A stretch of DNA of 57,362 bases, the filler included, from Basidiobolus ranarum (taxonomy: Eukaryota): the NCBI GenBank assembly GCA_040143965.1. It is 4 parts of 4 records of this genome, joined end to end, with 100 filler letters (N's around TTAATTAATTAA, not from the genome) between each part and the next. Parts side by side here need not be neighbours in the genome. Positions count along the whole stretch, not along the records: positions 1 to 14,313 come from JASJQH010000431.1; 3 more parts are not named here. One strand, 5' to 3'. The notes beneath the pieces were generated by a model that searched no databases, was not told the DNA's origin, and saw only the letters and a list, made by a program, of their open reading frames with translations. Positions within the stretch are counted from its first letter, which is position 1, and every line of letters begins with the position of its first letter. Shown here in pieces: positions 1 to 11,120 of the stretch. Position numbers and translations under genes: made by a program.

Positions 1-463
1 TGCTCAAGTCAACCTTGGTAGAGGTGGCGATAACATAGGCTTGGTTAACACGTCTGAGAGGAACTCCGTTGACCTTATAGGGACCGGTAACCAATAATAA
101 ACCGGAAGCGAGTTGCTTCAAGAAAACGCCTCTCTTACCACGGAAACGACCGGCCAAAAGAACAAGAACGGTACCAGGGGTGATGGAGGCACGGAGCTTG
201 GTGGGCTTGGCAGATTTACGGGTGGTTTTGGGTTGAGCGATATCTTCGGCAGGGTACCAACGAGAAGCCTTGTTCAAGGCGACGATACGTTCCTTACCGT
301 TCTTCTCACCGTTAACTTGAACGGTTTTGGTAGTAGCAGGAGCGGCAGCAGCCTTCTCAGCACTGACCTTCTGCTTCTTGTAAAGAGCACGCTTGGAAAA
401 CGCGCTGGAGCGGGAAAGGCGGGTAATGCCTGGGGCAATGAAAGAGTTGCGAGGTTGGTGCAT
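1..463 (-). CDS. RPL6: 60S ribosomal protein L6 (eL6), 3' end runs off the window
   Basis: Minus-strand translation from ATG 463: [19 protein letters not shown]...[64 protein letters not shown], the eL6 signature. This frame is not in the ORF track. Confidence 0.96.
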   Translation of the reverse strand, partial: MHQPRNSFIAPGITRLSRSSAFSKRALYKKQKVSAEKAAAAPATTKTVQVNGEKNGKERIVALNKASRWYPAEDIAQPKTTRKSAKPTKLRASITPGTVLVLLAGRFRGKRGVFLKQLASGLLLVTGPYKVNGVPLRRVNQAYVIATSTKVDLS

Positions 464-472
464 CTTAAACCA

Positions 473-713
473 CTACAATACATAAGAAGGTGAGAATCAT
501 GATACATGTCTACTAATCTCATATAGTACTAAATTAATCAGTGATATAAGGTGTATGAATATCCGTTTGATGTATGGGCACATCTACTCAATAGATTACT
601 TCAAATCAGATGTGTTATATAGCAGGAACAGTGATCAGTGTTCTATTCAACCCACTCAACATCTCCATCTATGACTTAAATCCATTACAAACATAAAATA
701 TAAATTTACTCAC
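473..713 (-). other. Probable 5'-UTR intron of RPL6
   Basis: GTGAGT donor at 713 and TTGTAG acceptor at 473, 9 nt before the ATG. No ATG in the short upstream exon. Confidence 0.6.
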
Positions 714-2215
714 CAGTGATGGAGTATCAACAAAAGCCGCTCTAGTGTGGATGGAGGAGAGAGAGATCCTCACGAATTTTTGAAAGTCATTTATTCCTCT
801 GGTTACTCGGTGTCAGAAATACTCTGTCTTTATAACCAATCAGCGACTACTGGAATTTTGATCGAAAAAAAATCATCCCTGAGCTGAACACTATATTGTA
901 CGTTGATTTAATATTTTACAACTTGACTATATTCAATGCGTACTTCAAATATATTTACCAATCATCAATACATGGCCAAGAGTCAATTTTAGAGAACGTA
1001 CGCTTGGTTTCTATCACCTGGAAGAAGAGATGAAATATACATATATTCATTAGCGTAGATCCATTATTGAGCTTATAGATATGATTTTATAGAGCTAATC
1101 GAAACATCAGTTTGGGGTTCCCTCAAATATTACACGAAGTCTTTTTTATGTCTCTCAATCCCCGAGCTCTAATTTGAAATATTATCTTGAAATTTGTTTT
1201 ATCGCAACTGCACACGAAATTAAAGGTTGGAAGAATCGTAGTATGGCTATTGTACATAACAATAGTAATACATCACTCAGGATTCCATTAATTCTCGAAG
1301 AAAACAAGCAGTTCAGACGATATCAACAGTGGAAACAGTTCCAGTACCACCTACTTTTTGATTTGCTTACGAGGTGATATACAAATACATATGACCCTCC
1401 CACTCTTCGTACGTACAACTTACAGTCGGTGATATGAATAATGAAAATCCTCCAGGAAGAATGGATGATGGTTAAGATTAGGCAATTTTAAAAATCCGAT
1501 ATGTAAAAGCATGTATACACAGATATGCTAAGCATTTCAAAACGATATTTGGAGAGAATGTAAGAGTTATTTGGGGTCAAAGTTAGTTTTTAATATTTTC
1601 CGTTGTGTGAACAGGATTCCTAATTTATTAGTTTTCAAGTACATTTGTTAGCATGATGAAACCACTCAATTTCTCATGAAATAATTGAGAATTCAAAACT
1701 CTGGTAAATTTTCATTTTACGAAGACGTTCTTGACAAATGTAATTGATTATCGCAAGTATTAATGACCTTATGGGGGTAAACATCGAAACGGATATAGTA
1801 TAACGTCACAATGACAAGGTATATCAGGGTTACATTATTGTGTAGGAATATGGGATAGAGTCGGCTAATTTCCGAAGGTGAAGCCTCAAAGACTGCTTAA
1901 CTTTAGTAATGTAGGGTGGTAAAAGCTCGAAGTAACTGGTTCCTTATTCTCCCAGGTAAGTGCGGATATATCGGATTTTTTATGAAACATACAGTATTCA
2001 CTTGTCAGCAGGGAATATATGTAATCGCTGCATCAAAGTTGAGTTATACTCTATCATCTGAGGTTTGATCTGATATCGTGTTAGAGATCATACGTTTCTC
2101 CACTAAAGTCCAGTAAATAATGAGGTTTTTGTGAGCGTTTATTCAGTTGTAGTCTTACAATATTGTTTATCGGAACGCAGTCCATAATAATGTTATGTAC
2201 ATGTCAGATATTTAC

Positions 2216-2740
2216 TCAGTTATTCAGAAATTTTGCATCAAGAATCGACAGTGTTAGACCAAGTGAAGTAGCAGACAACATGGAACTTCCACTATCACCT
2301 TCAGCACGTTTGCGAGTGATGCCACTAGAGTTTTGACCCGGGAGAGGTTTACTTTCTACTGCACCAGTGGGCGATGGTGGTGATGGTTGAATAGACACAG
2401 GGTGGTTTTGAGGAATAGGTTGATAGTGTTTTGTTAAGCATTCACTTTGACAAGTCTCCACTGAGGTGGGAGATTCCTGGCAATTAACGTAGCATTCTAA
2501 AGTAGCTATAACTTGACTAGTATCAGGACTGGGTACTCCATAGCACTGCGCTATACAAGCTTGATCTTCGCCACAGCGGTAGAGTTGAGTACATTCCGCT
2601 CGAGTATCTTCTTCGAAGATGTCAGGAACATCCAAGGAATCCGAAATGGATGTGGCTGAGGGTTTTCCGTTAGCATTCACACCACAAGCTACATTTAACA
2701 AACTAGCAGCTATAATTAGAAAAAAAGGGAAAGATATCAT
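2216..2740 (-). CDS. Small secreted cysteine-rich protein, possibly GPI-anchored/cell-surface
   Basis: Hydrophobic signal peptide and an 8-Cys domain (C-x5-C-x5-C-x3-C...VPSP...C-x3-C...C-x3-C). These are followed by a Pro/Ser linker and a moderately hydrophobic C-terminal tail. Confidence 0.7.
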   Translation of the reverse strand: MISFPFFLIIAASLLNVACGVNANGKPSATSISDSLDVPDIFEEDTRAECTQLYRCGEDQACIAQCYGVPSPDTSQVIATLECYVNCQESPTSVETCQSECLTKHYQPIPQNHPVSIQPSPPSPTGAVESKPLPGQNSSGITRKRAEGDSGSSMLSATSLGLTLSILDAKFLNN

Positions 2741-4520
2741 CTTGTTGTTGTAAGTTTTCGAAGCTAGCTCAGAGCCTTTTATGTCATAAATGAGCCCTTT
2801 AAACCCACTCCTTGCTTCTGGGGAACATCAAAATAATTGATTAGAATAAATATGGATGCTCTTCAAGGGGTATCCACATATTCAAGCTTCACTTAGACAT
2901 TACTCGATCGTTGTGCCAAACAATATTACATCAGTTCAATTCTATAAGGGCTATAATACTAATTACATATAACTTGTTCGTTAATGGGTAATTAACCTTT
3001 CGTTAGTCTAGCATTGATATCCTTTCACAAAGCACATCAAAGCTAGTAACATGCTATTTTAACTCAACAGTGTCCGACTGCATTTCAATATAGGTATGTT
3101 ATATAACTCCGTAGCGATATTTAGTACGTAAATTTTTAGTGATCATCGACATGTTCTCTGGAATAGTAATAATGTCACTCTGCTTTGTCCAGTTGTTAAA
3201 TCTGAGAACTGTTTTGCATCTGTTCGAGTTTTGTTCCACAATATAGGCCATATAAGTGTATATAAGTACAGCATTTGATATTAACTTGGACATTGTTACT
3301 ACTCGCTAGTCTTAGAAGAAGAAAGTTATTTTTCTAATGTCCTAGACATACATATTTCGAACTTTCTTGAAATGATAGATGCTACCACTGTGGCTTATAT
3401 CAAGGGCTATTCACTTCCGTGCAGTAATCGACACCTCAAATAAGATATTTCAATTCCGCCATTGGTGGAGGTGGAGGAGAGGTGGGGAGCAGGTTTGCAG
3501 TAAAAATCCAAGCTAGAGTTGAATATATCTAAAATAACCCATTTCAATTATGTCAATACCAGCTTTGACAACCTTTATACGTTTTAGATATTTAATGAAT
3601 ACCATGATTGTAACCGCATTAAATCCAATTGCTCTATGAAGCTCTCTAAATTCCCGAGCCTTAATCGTGTTCATGTACGATTTTTAGTTTTCAGCGATAT
3701 CGTGTTAATTAGCAGTCGAGCTTGATTTTTGGAGCAAATCTGCTCCAACATATCTACTGATGGCGTGTTTTGTAGAGTAATCCTGAGGCTGCATATCTGA
3801 GGAATTCCAAGCCCTCCACAATCATCATGTCGTAATATCAGCGCGATACATGACATTTCCCCAGTTCTGAAATTGTGCATTATTAATATTCTAATTAGCA
3901 TCAACTTTATGTCATCATTGATGTTTATCAATCCTCGTAATAGAATATATCAGCTCCATTTTCTAATATTCACTCCAAAAATCAGTCCAAGTTATACCAG
4001 AAATACCGAAGGTTTCACTTTCAGGACTGAACGAAGACTATCCTTGCCATTGGAAAAGTCTTAGGAGTAAATGGATAATTTCGTTACAAAAAGTAGAGAA
4101 GGTACGTTTAACATATCTCGACGAGTTTAATACAAGATATCATATTTGATGGTAGCTTTCTGCTCAGAAATTCACGGGTGACCGTTACCAAGGTTTCGCG
4201 AGAATCGTTCCACATAAAACAAAACTATCTCGATGGATTCCATCCAGATAGTTGAGGTTTGTGAAATCATATATATACTTGAAACCAAGTCACTCGATCC
4301 TGAGGAAGTTCTCTAAAAACCGGAGGGAACAAACCACCACGAAGTTAGTTGTCCCAACCTGACATGTAATAGCTATGTATCATTTATATAGTAATGCATT
4401 TTTTAATAACGAAAGAAACCGAAAGGAAAGAGAATTCTTGAGGAATTAGTAATTACAGAGATAGTGAAGACTAAAGTTCATACTTGTGATTTTAGAAAAG
4501 TACAACTTTTGGTGTACAAC

Positions 4521-5897
4521 TTAGAGAGGTAACTCGAATTTGATTTTAAGATCAGCTTGGCGAGCCAACTCCACAATGTTGGAAAGGTCAACGGCCTTCT
4601 TAGCAGCTTCGTCCAAGTCATTAATTGAGAAGATTCTTAATCCGGACTCTTGTATCAACTTATTGGCGGCGTCAACGCGAGTGCCTTGTAAACGAACAAC
4701 CAAAGGGATATTCAAACTCAATTGGTTGACAGCAGCGATAATCCCTTGAGCGATAATATCACATCTCATAATACCACCAAAGATGTTGACTAGAATGGCT
4801 GAAACTCGAGGATCAGTACTAATCAACTTGAAAGCTTCAGTGACTTGTTCAGCAGTAGCACCCCCACCAACATCTAAGAAGTTGGCTGGATCACCACCAT
4901 GAAGTTTGATGATGTCCATAGTAGACATAGCAAGACCAGCTCCATTAACAAGACACCCGATGGATCCTTCCAAACCAATATAGTTATGGTTATATTTAGC
5001 AGCCAAAACCTCACGTTCATCTTCTTGAGTAGTATCACGGAGCTTGAATATATCTGGTTGACGGAATTCAGCGTTCTCATCAAAATTGAACTTAGCGTCC
5101 ATACAGAGTACCTCATTAGAGCTGGATTCGGCCATAGGGTTAATTTCAATCATGGTGGCATCCTTTTCGGAGAATATTTTGTATAGCTTCATCATAGTAT
5201 CAGCCGCTTGATCCACGCACTTTGACGAGAAGCCCATTTTGACAGCTAAATCCTTGGCAGCTTCAATCTTGAGGCCAGCATCAATATCAACAGGAAGGGT
5301 CAAAATAGAATCAGGGTTTTCACGAGCTACAGTTTAAATATCGACACCTCCTTGAGAGGTGGCTACAAGGACAGGGCCACCAGTTTGACGATCCATAAGG
5401 ATAGCAAAATAGTATTCACGACGAACAAACTCACGCTCAACCACGTAAACAGCGTTGCACTCTCTTCCCTTGGCACCAGTTTGTTTAGTCACAAGTTTAT
5501 GGCCTAGCATCTGCTCGGCAAACATCTTTGCTTCAGTGGGGGAGTAGACATGGCGAACACCACCTTTCAAACCGGAGTCAAAAACACCCTTACCACGACC
5601 ACCGGCAAGAACTTGAGCTTTAATGACCATGTCCTCGGTAGCTAAACGTTGAGCAACTTCAAACGCTTCTTTTGAGGTCTTGGCAACCTCGCCCTTGGGA
5701 GTGTTGACTCCATACTTCTTCAACAAATCCATAGAGAGGTATTCATGAATAGACAAAAATCTCCTCTGTTGGCTTTGAAGCGGTTTAGTCTAACAAAAGA
5801 TATGTGAGCATGGTTGATGTACAGTACAATGATTGTTACTTCGTAATCTTACATATTTGGCGTTGAGAGAGACCCTAGTAAACAAGTTTCTGAACAT
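4521..5897 (-). pseudogene. LSC2: Mitochondrial succinyl-CoA ligase beta subunit with premature in-frame TAA (pseudogene, null allele or sequencing error)
   Basis: Exon 1 5897-5853 (MFRNLFTRVSLNAKY, presequence-like), GT-AG intron 5852-5790, exon 2 5789-4521. Motifs [32 protein letters not shown] and [10 protein letters not shown] are present. The frame reads [17 protein letters not shown] with TAA at 5336-5334. Confidence 0.88.
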
Positions 5898-8212
5898 CTT
5901 TCACTACGTGCTAAACAACTGTTAAGGAATTATACAGGAGTGAAAACGATTAAGGAGCAAGAATGGAAATAAGAGCTATTGAAATAATTTGATTCCCTTT
6001 GATGACGAGCTGTCATCATAGTTATATAGACACCAACCTAAATCCCCTGATTTCGCACCCATTGGTTATTTATGGTCACACGTATCATCTATAAATATAG
6101 CACTTGGCCTGATTTACATGGCGGAGAAAAGATGGGAAATATAAGGAGTTAGATTCTCATCTTTCTCCTTCATAATAGCTATATGTGCATCATTGATAGC
6201 TAATCTTACGTTGATACGACGTTAGCATACCTATACCCAGGTGACAGCCCCTTTGAAACAGAAGAGATATGTAGGGTGGAGGGATTACGGTGACATAGGT
6301 GATCTAGTTACACTCCATCTTACGAGATTTTATCCTGGTGTTTCCGTATGTCTCGCATAGCTATGACAGCCTTCGATGTTGTAAGTATTAGATGGTACCT
6401 CAACATTAGTGACTCAATGCAAACCATATCAGCAGGTACTAGGCCAACCAATCATCTCGCCGAACAAACCAACACATATGGGACATGGTTTCCCAATATA
6501 GGATTACATATGATTACAGTCTTACTATGGCTTCAGCTTACACTATCCACAATACTGAGCAGTCAACAAGCAATTCCCCTCAAGCCAACAAATAGGCTGA
6601 ATAATCCTCAATAGAGCATTGTGACAACATATATCCTAGGAAAGCCAGTCACATCACCATATTCGGCAGAATCACATGCTGATAATCATCCTAGTAACAC
6701 TAGTGTGGCCACATTTTGCTAGATGCAATGGTTGTGTATGTATTTTCAATAAATCTCCATCAGAACGGACCACAGAGTGCTATTTACCCATTCTTATGAG
6801 AACCCGAGCTTGCTATCGGCTTCTGATAGAGAAAGAGATGTGTAATCAATAAAGAGGTTGAGGTCAGCTTTGAATAGCGGCATGGTACAAGAAAAGATTG
6901 GCTGAGCTTAAGCCAGACCCTGGTAATTAATGAAACCCCTGAGAGCCACATCTTTGGGGGGATAGATCTCGCTTAAATTTGATACTTTCTCTTACACAAC
7001 AATAATAGCCATACTCCTCAGGCCCAGTGATACAAATGCCATGAGCAATCAGATTGACGCAGCCACTTCCAATAGCTATTATATATATTGCCATATTGCA
7101 TATTAGTAGTCATCTGACAACCGTCGTCCGTTTTACCCTCCATTGATTCTGCGTACTTCAGCGGATACCCTTTTCAATATTTAGGGTTAGTACAAGTCTA
7201 AGATGGTTTTGATCTCGCAATGCTTATTATTCTTTCAATTGTAGCGTTCTTTGAACTGTTATACCAATCAAGTGACTGTGTCCTACTGGCGTATAAAATT
7301 CATACAGAAGTAACCTTCAGTGAGTATTATAATTCATGCAGGATTTAGATATCTAATATCGAAATTTAGCCATTGGCTACTTGAATATTAGTAACTTCAA
7401 CACTCCTAAACGAGTCCAGTGCATTCTTATTTTAAATTTGGCATGTTGGATAATAATGCAACGTTAGCTAGTTTCGTATAAAGTGTAATTTTACGTTGCA
7501 GGTTCAGAGTATTGGTACGTAAACAAGGCTTTTGAGTGAGACTGGTGGCACATATCGGTCCTTCATTTATCAATTACGATATCTCATCTCTAAATTCAAT
7601 GTTTGTCAATCAAATACACGGCTACATCTTTCCTCTGATATTGAAGAGATATTAGATATCACACGCAAATACAATCTTGATGAAATTTTCAAGCTTACTG
7701 TAGCTTTAAGCTTAGGTTGAATACATGTAATGTATATCTACAACAAAATATAAATGAAGTGTTACGAGCCATATTGAGCTATACTACTTTACCTACAAAT
7801 TGATAAGAGAATTGAACTTTCGGCGATTTGAATATTCTCAATATAACGAAAATCCACCAGTACATTAGGCTTTGTTTATTCGAAACACTTTGGACATCTG
7901 AAAAAGAAACATGTATCCCTATGATCCAAAAAAATAGCTCACAGGAATCATGTGCATATGTGTTAAACAACATTGAACTAAGTGTTCAAGCAGAAACAGA
8001 GGGGCTAGTATAATAGACTAATTTAACGGCAAAGTAAGAGTATTTGCAATTTGTAAATTACTGTAACAAAGAGGGCGAAAGGTTATATATCTATAAAAAT
8101 TCAAATATATAAAACAGGTACCAATATATATTCTTATATATACTAAACAAAACAATATTACGTTGAATATATTAAGATGATTATCGATCCGAAAAATCCC
8201 CCCCTTCTCTGT

Positions 8213-11120
8213 CTACCAGCAGAGGGGATCAGTGTTGTTGAAAAGCCTTGGTTTATCTACATCAAGTCGATACGCGGCTTTTCCTTCCTCAAACTCTTCA
8301 ATTTCAGAACTAGATTCAGTATCGAAATGACTCCTCAAAATATCCATACTCTTGGATTGTTTCAAAGTGGAGGCCCGCTTTTTTTCAAAACTCTTGCTAT
8401 ACTCAGAAACATATGAGTTTGGCATTGAGAGAGAGCAGGACTTGATATTAGATGGGTTGCATTGATACTTAAGAGCTTCTTCAGAAGTGGTCTCGACTAG
8501 TCCTTTTAAAGAGTTGTTGTAGGTTTCAGGCGCTTCATCAGATAAGCTATGCTGGGATTGTGAAAGTACAGCTTCTGAGTTAGAGGAAAAAATGGTACTA
8601 GAAGCCAATATAGATTCAGAAAGGAAGCTGTTGTCTCGCTTCATTTGATGAAATCTAGCTAGTGAGTACTGTAAGGATGTCAGTACAGTTAAAGCATTCC
8701 TAATTGGCGATTCCACAAACCTGAGGAGAATTTTCAAATTCGCCAATCTCAATTCTTTTTTCTGAAGAATTAGATACATCAAACATCTTAAGGGGTGCTC
8801 TATCATCTATTAACTTCACAAATTCTCCAACATCATCTTCATCAAGCTGGTTCGTTAAAACAGACTAGAAAAGTAAGCAATTAGAATATAATAGTAAAAA
8901 ATCTTAAAATTTACAAAACATACTGCTCGGCTTTGAGGGCGAGATGAACGCCCGTTGGCATCATATATCCCATCATTGCTTAAAAGAGATGTTGTCCGGC
9001 GACGACGTGGTATCCCTTGCGAAGATCGTGAATCATCTCTTGATGATTCAGAAATGAATCGATTTCCGAAAGAAGAGGCTAACTTGGTTGTGCTCGTGGA
9101 TGCTCTAGTCAAGAGTGGTGGAGGCGTTGCTGTAGTACGAGAAAAAGACGAATGAACATAGTGCTGGTTGAGAGACGTGCTAGAGTTTTTTTTACGAAGG
9201 TTGATTAAACTGGGAGAAGCAGAAGTCTCATGAACTGAGGCAGGGGAGGAGATAAGAGAGGGCGATTTGAATGGTGATATTAGGGAAAGTGAAGGGCGAG
9301 AAGATGGAGATCGGCTATATATCGAGGACGCCTGATTCTGTATATTCCACTAAATTAGCAATACTTCAGAGTGCTAGTTATGAGAAAGGTAATACTAACC
9401 AACACTGGTCTGCGTGATGAGCTTGGTGGAATCTGGTTAGCTCCAGGAACATCTACACGTCTGTCAAATTCAACACCATTTTCATATATGTCCATAGAGT
9501 GTCTCCCACCTGTACTAGAAAGCGAATGGGCGCGGGAATAATGCCTGGAGCCAATTGATGAAATGCTAGGTGAGGCTCGTTGATTTGGAGGTTGCGAAAA
9601 ACGACGAACATCATAGTCAGTTGGGGAAAAAGATGAACCAGTACGGGGGGTAGAGGATAGGGCAGTTTTGGGAGTACAATCATCAGATGTATTAACTGTC
9701 GTACTTTTTATACGCGTGGAGCCGTGAGATGACCGAAGTGAGTCTGTACGCGATATCTACAGATTCAATGTTAATGAATCGGTCGCCAATAATTAAGAAT
9801 GCAAAGCATTACCCTGTAGCCTCTGCTCTCTAAAGAGCCATGATTCTTACTACCATACGAATGTTCTTGCAACTGAGAATCCATTTCAGTTGGAGATGAG
9901 GTAAGGAAATACTCTTTATCTGTTGTAGTGAACTTAGAGCTAAGAACAGCTTCGGGGTCCTCAACACAAAAATTGCAATTCAATCGATATTTCACATTCA
10001 AGACAAAAGAACTAATGAAAGAGCAAATTTAGATTAGAAATTGCCGATTGTTTCAGAAGATAAAATGGTGTTACCCCAAAGGTGTATCAATTGGATCGAA
10101 GGCGTGACTTGAAGTACTCCCATGAGAGTCCGTGTCGGAAATTGGTGTATCTTTAATGTGATATTTTGAGCTTAGTGAGTAGACCTTACATTTACCAGCA
10201 TCAGTGTATATTGTTACCTATTCCAATCTCATTCTCGGGTGATGTAGGGGCAGTTGTTAATCGATATCCCAACTTTAAACCCTTCAATTTCATCTTACGA
10301 AGTCGACGAAATAGTCTATATGCGGGTAACTGGCGTACATATGTAAAGAGAGATCTAAAAAATACTATGGACTTCTTGTATACAATTGGAAGGTCCACAA
10401 TATTTGAATTAACCGGCTCTCTATGAACGCAACCATTACGTCAACTAAATCTTCAATGAATAAAACATGCATATTTGACTTACATTAAGAACAGCTGCCA
10501 AGATTCGAGAAGGATGGTTTGCTTTTTGCTGATTTTTTCGATATATTTAAGATGTGAGCTAAGGCTACCATTCCCAACGTCAACTTTAACTTTCTGCATC
10601 AACTCGTCATTCAACACTAGAATTTGCCTATGATTTAGCTCTGAAGCGTCCAGGTAAACTTCTAATATCATGGGTGATGGAGAAGGCGTTGACAAACAAG
10701 CAGTTCGCCAGTACTTTAATTCAGTTTTGTAAGTTTTATGGTCCTCAAGCTCTAAGTTGAACTACATATCGAATATGCTTAATATAAGTATATTGTTTTA
10801 AAAGTATGAGTGCTAGCTTCAAATCTAAAAATAAACATATGTTACCCATTTGTTTACTTTCTTTGGAGTAGTGATGATTGGCGTATTATTCGATATTCTA
10901 GCTTGAAGGAGAGTTTGGGTAACTTTAGTGTAGAAATTCTAAATAAAAATGCGGAATGATCAGTAAGTCGTAATTACCAAAAGTAACGTCTAACTCTTAC
11001 CTGAACTATTTGTTCACATCTTTGGTGGCGTGCAGAATATGAAGCAGCAGTACTAGCAACAGATGGTGCATAATCAGAAGAGGGTGGCGGTGAATCTGTT
11101 ACAGGTAGAGTACGATTCAT
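8213..11120 (-). CDS. ATG13: Autophagy protein Atg13 (N-terminal HORMA domain plus Ser-rich disordered region), multi-exon
   Basis: Spliced translation gives QIVQNFYTKVTQTLLQAR, KVNKWFNLEL, PMILEVYLD, ILLESWQL, VYKKSIVFFRSLFTYVRQLPAY and FDPIDTPLG. It continues with PFKSPSL, SSFG and a C-terminal DDVGEFVKLID...LARFHQMK Atg1-binding-like segment. All junctions I traced are GT-AG and in frame. Confidence 0.9.

Noticed and set aside
113-522. ORF-track ORFs 113..493 (+) and 274..522 (-)
   Set aside because: They are antisense and off-frame shadows of RPL6. The same applies to the short ORFs overlapping LSC2, the kinase, STE12 and PDI.
473-713. Intronic C/D snoRNA in the RPL6 5'-UTR intron
   Set aside because: CTGA boxes are present but there is no RTGATGA C box or terminal stem.
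1840-1980. LVPYSP resembling the IS630/Tc1 LPPYSP motif
   Set aside because: It is a single short motif without the other catalytic motifs.
5334-5336. TAA reassigned to Glu (alternative genetic code)
   Set aside because: TAA is the normal terminator of this same gene, of the acyltransferase and of AP-4 mu. No other in-frame TAA was found in the traced exons.
6348-7000. Possible decayed retroelement fragments (also about 12285-12780 and 15780-16080)
   Set aside because: Only vague two- or three-residue resemblances, with no ordered motif set that I can defend.
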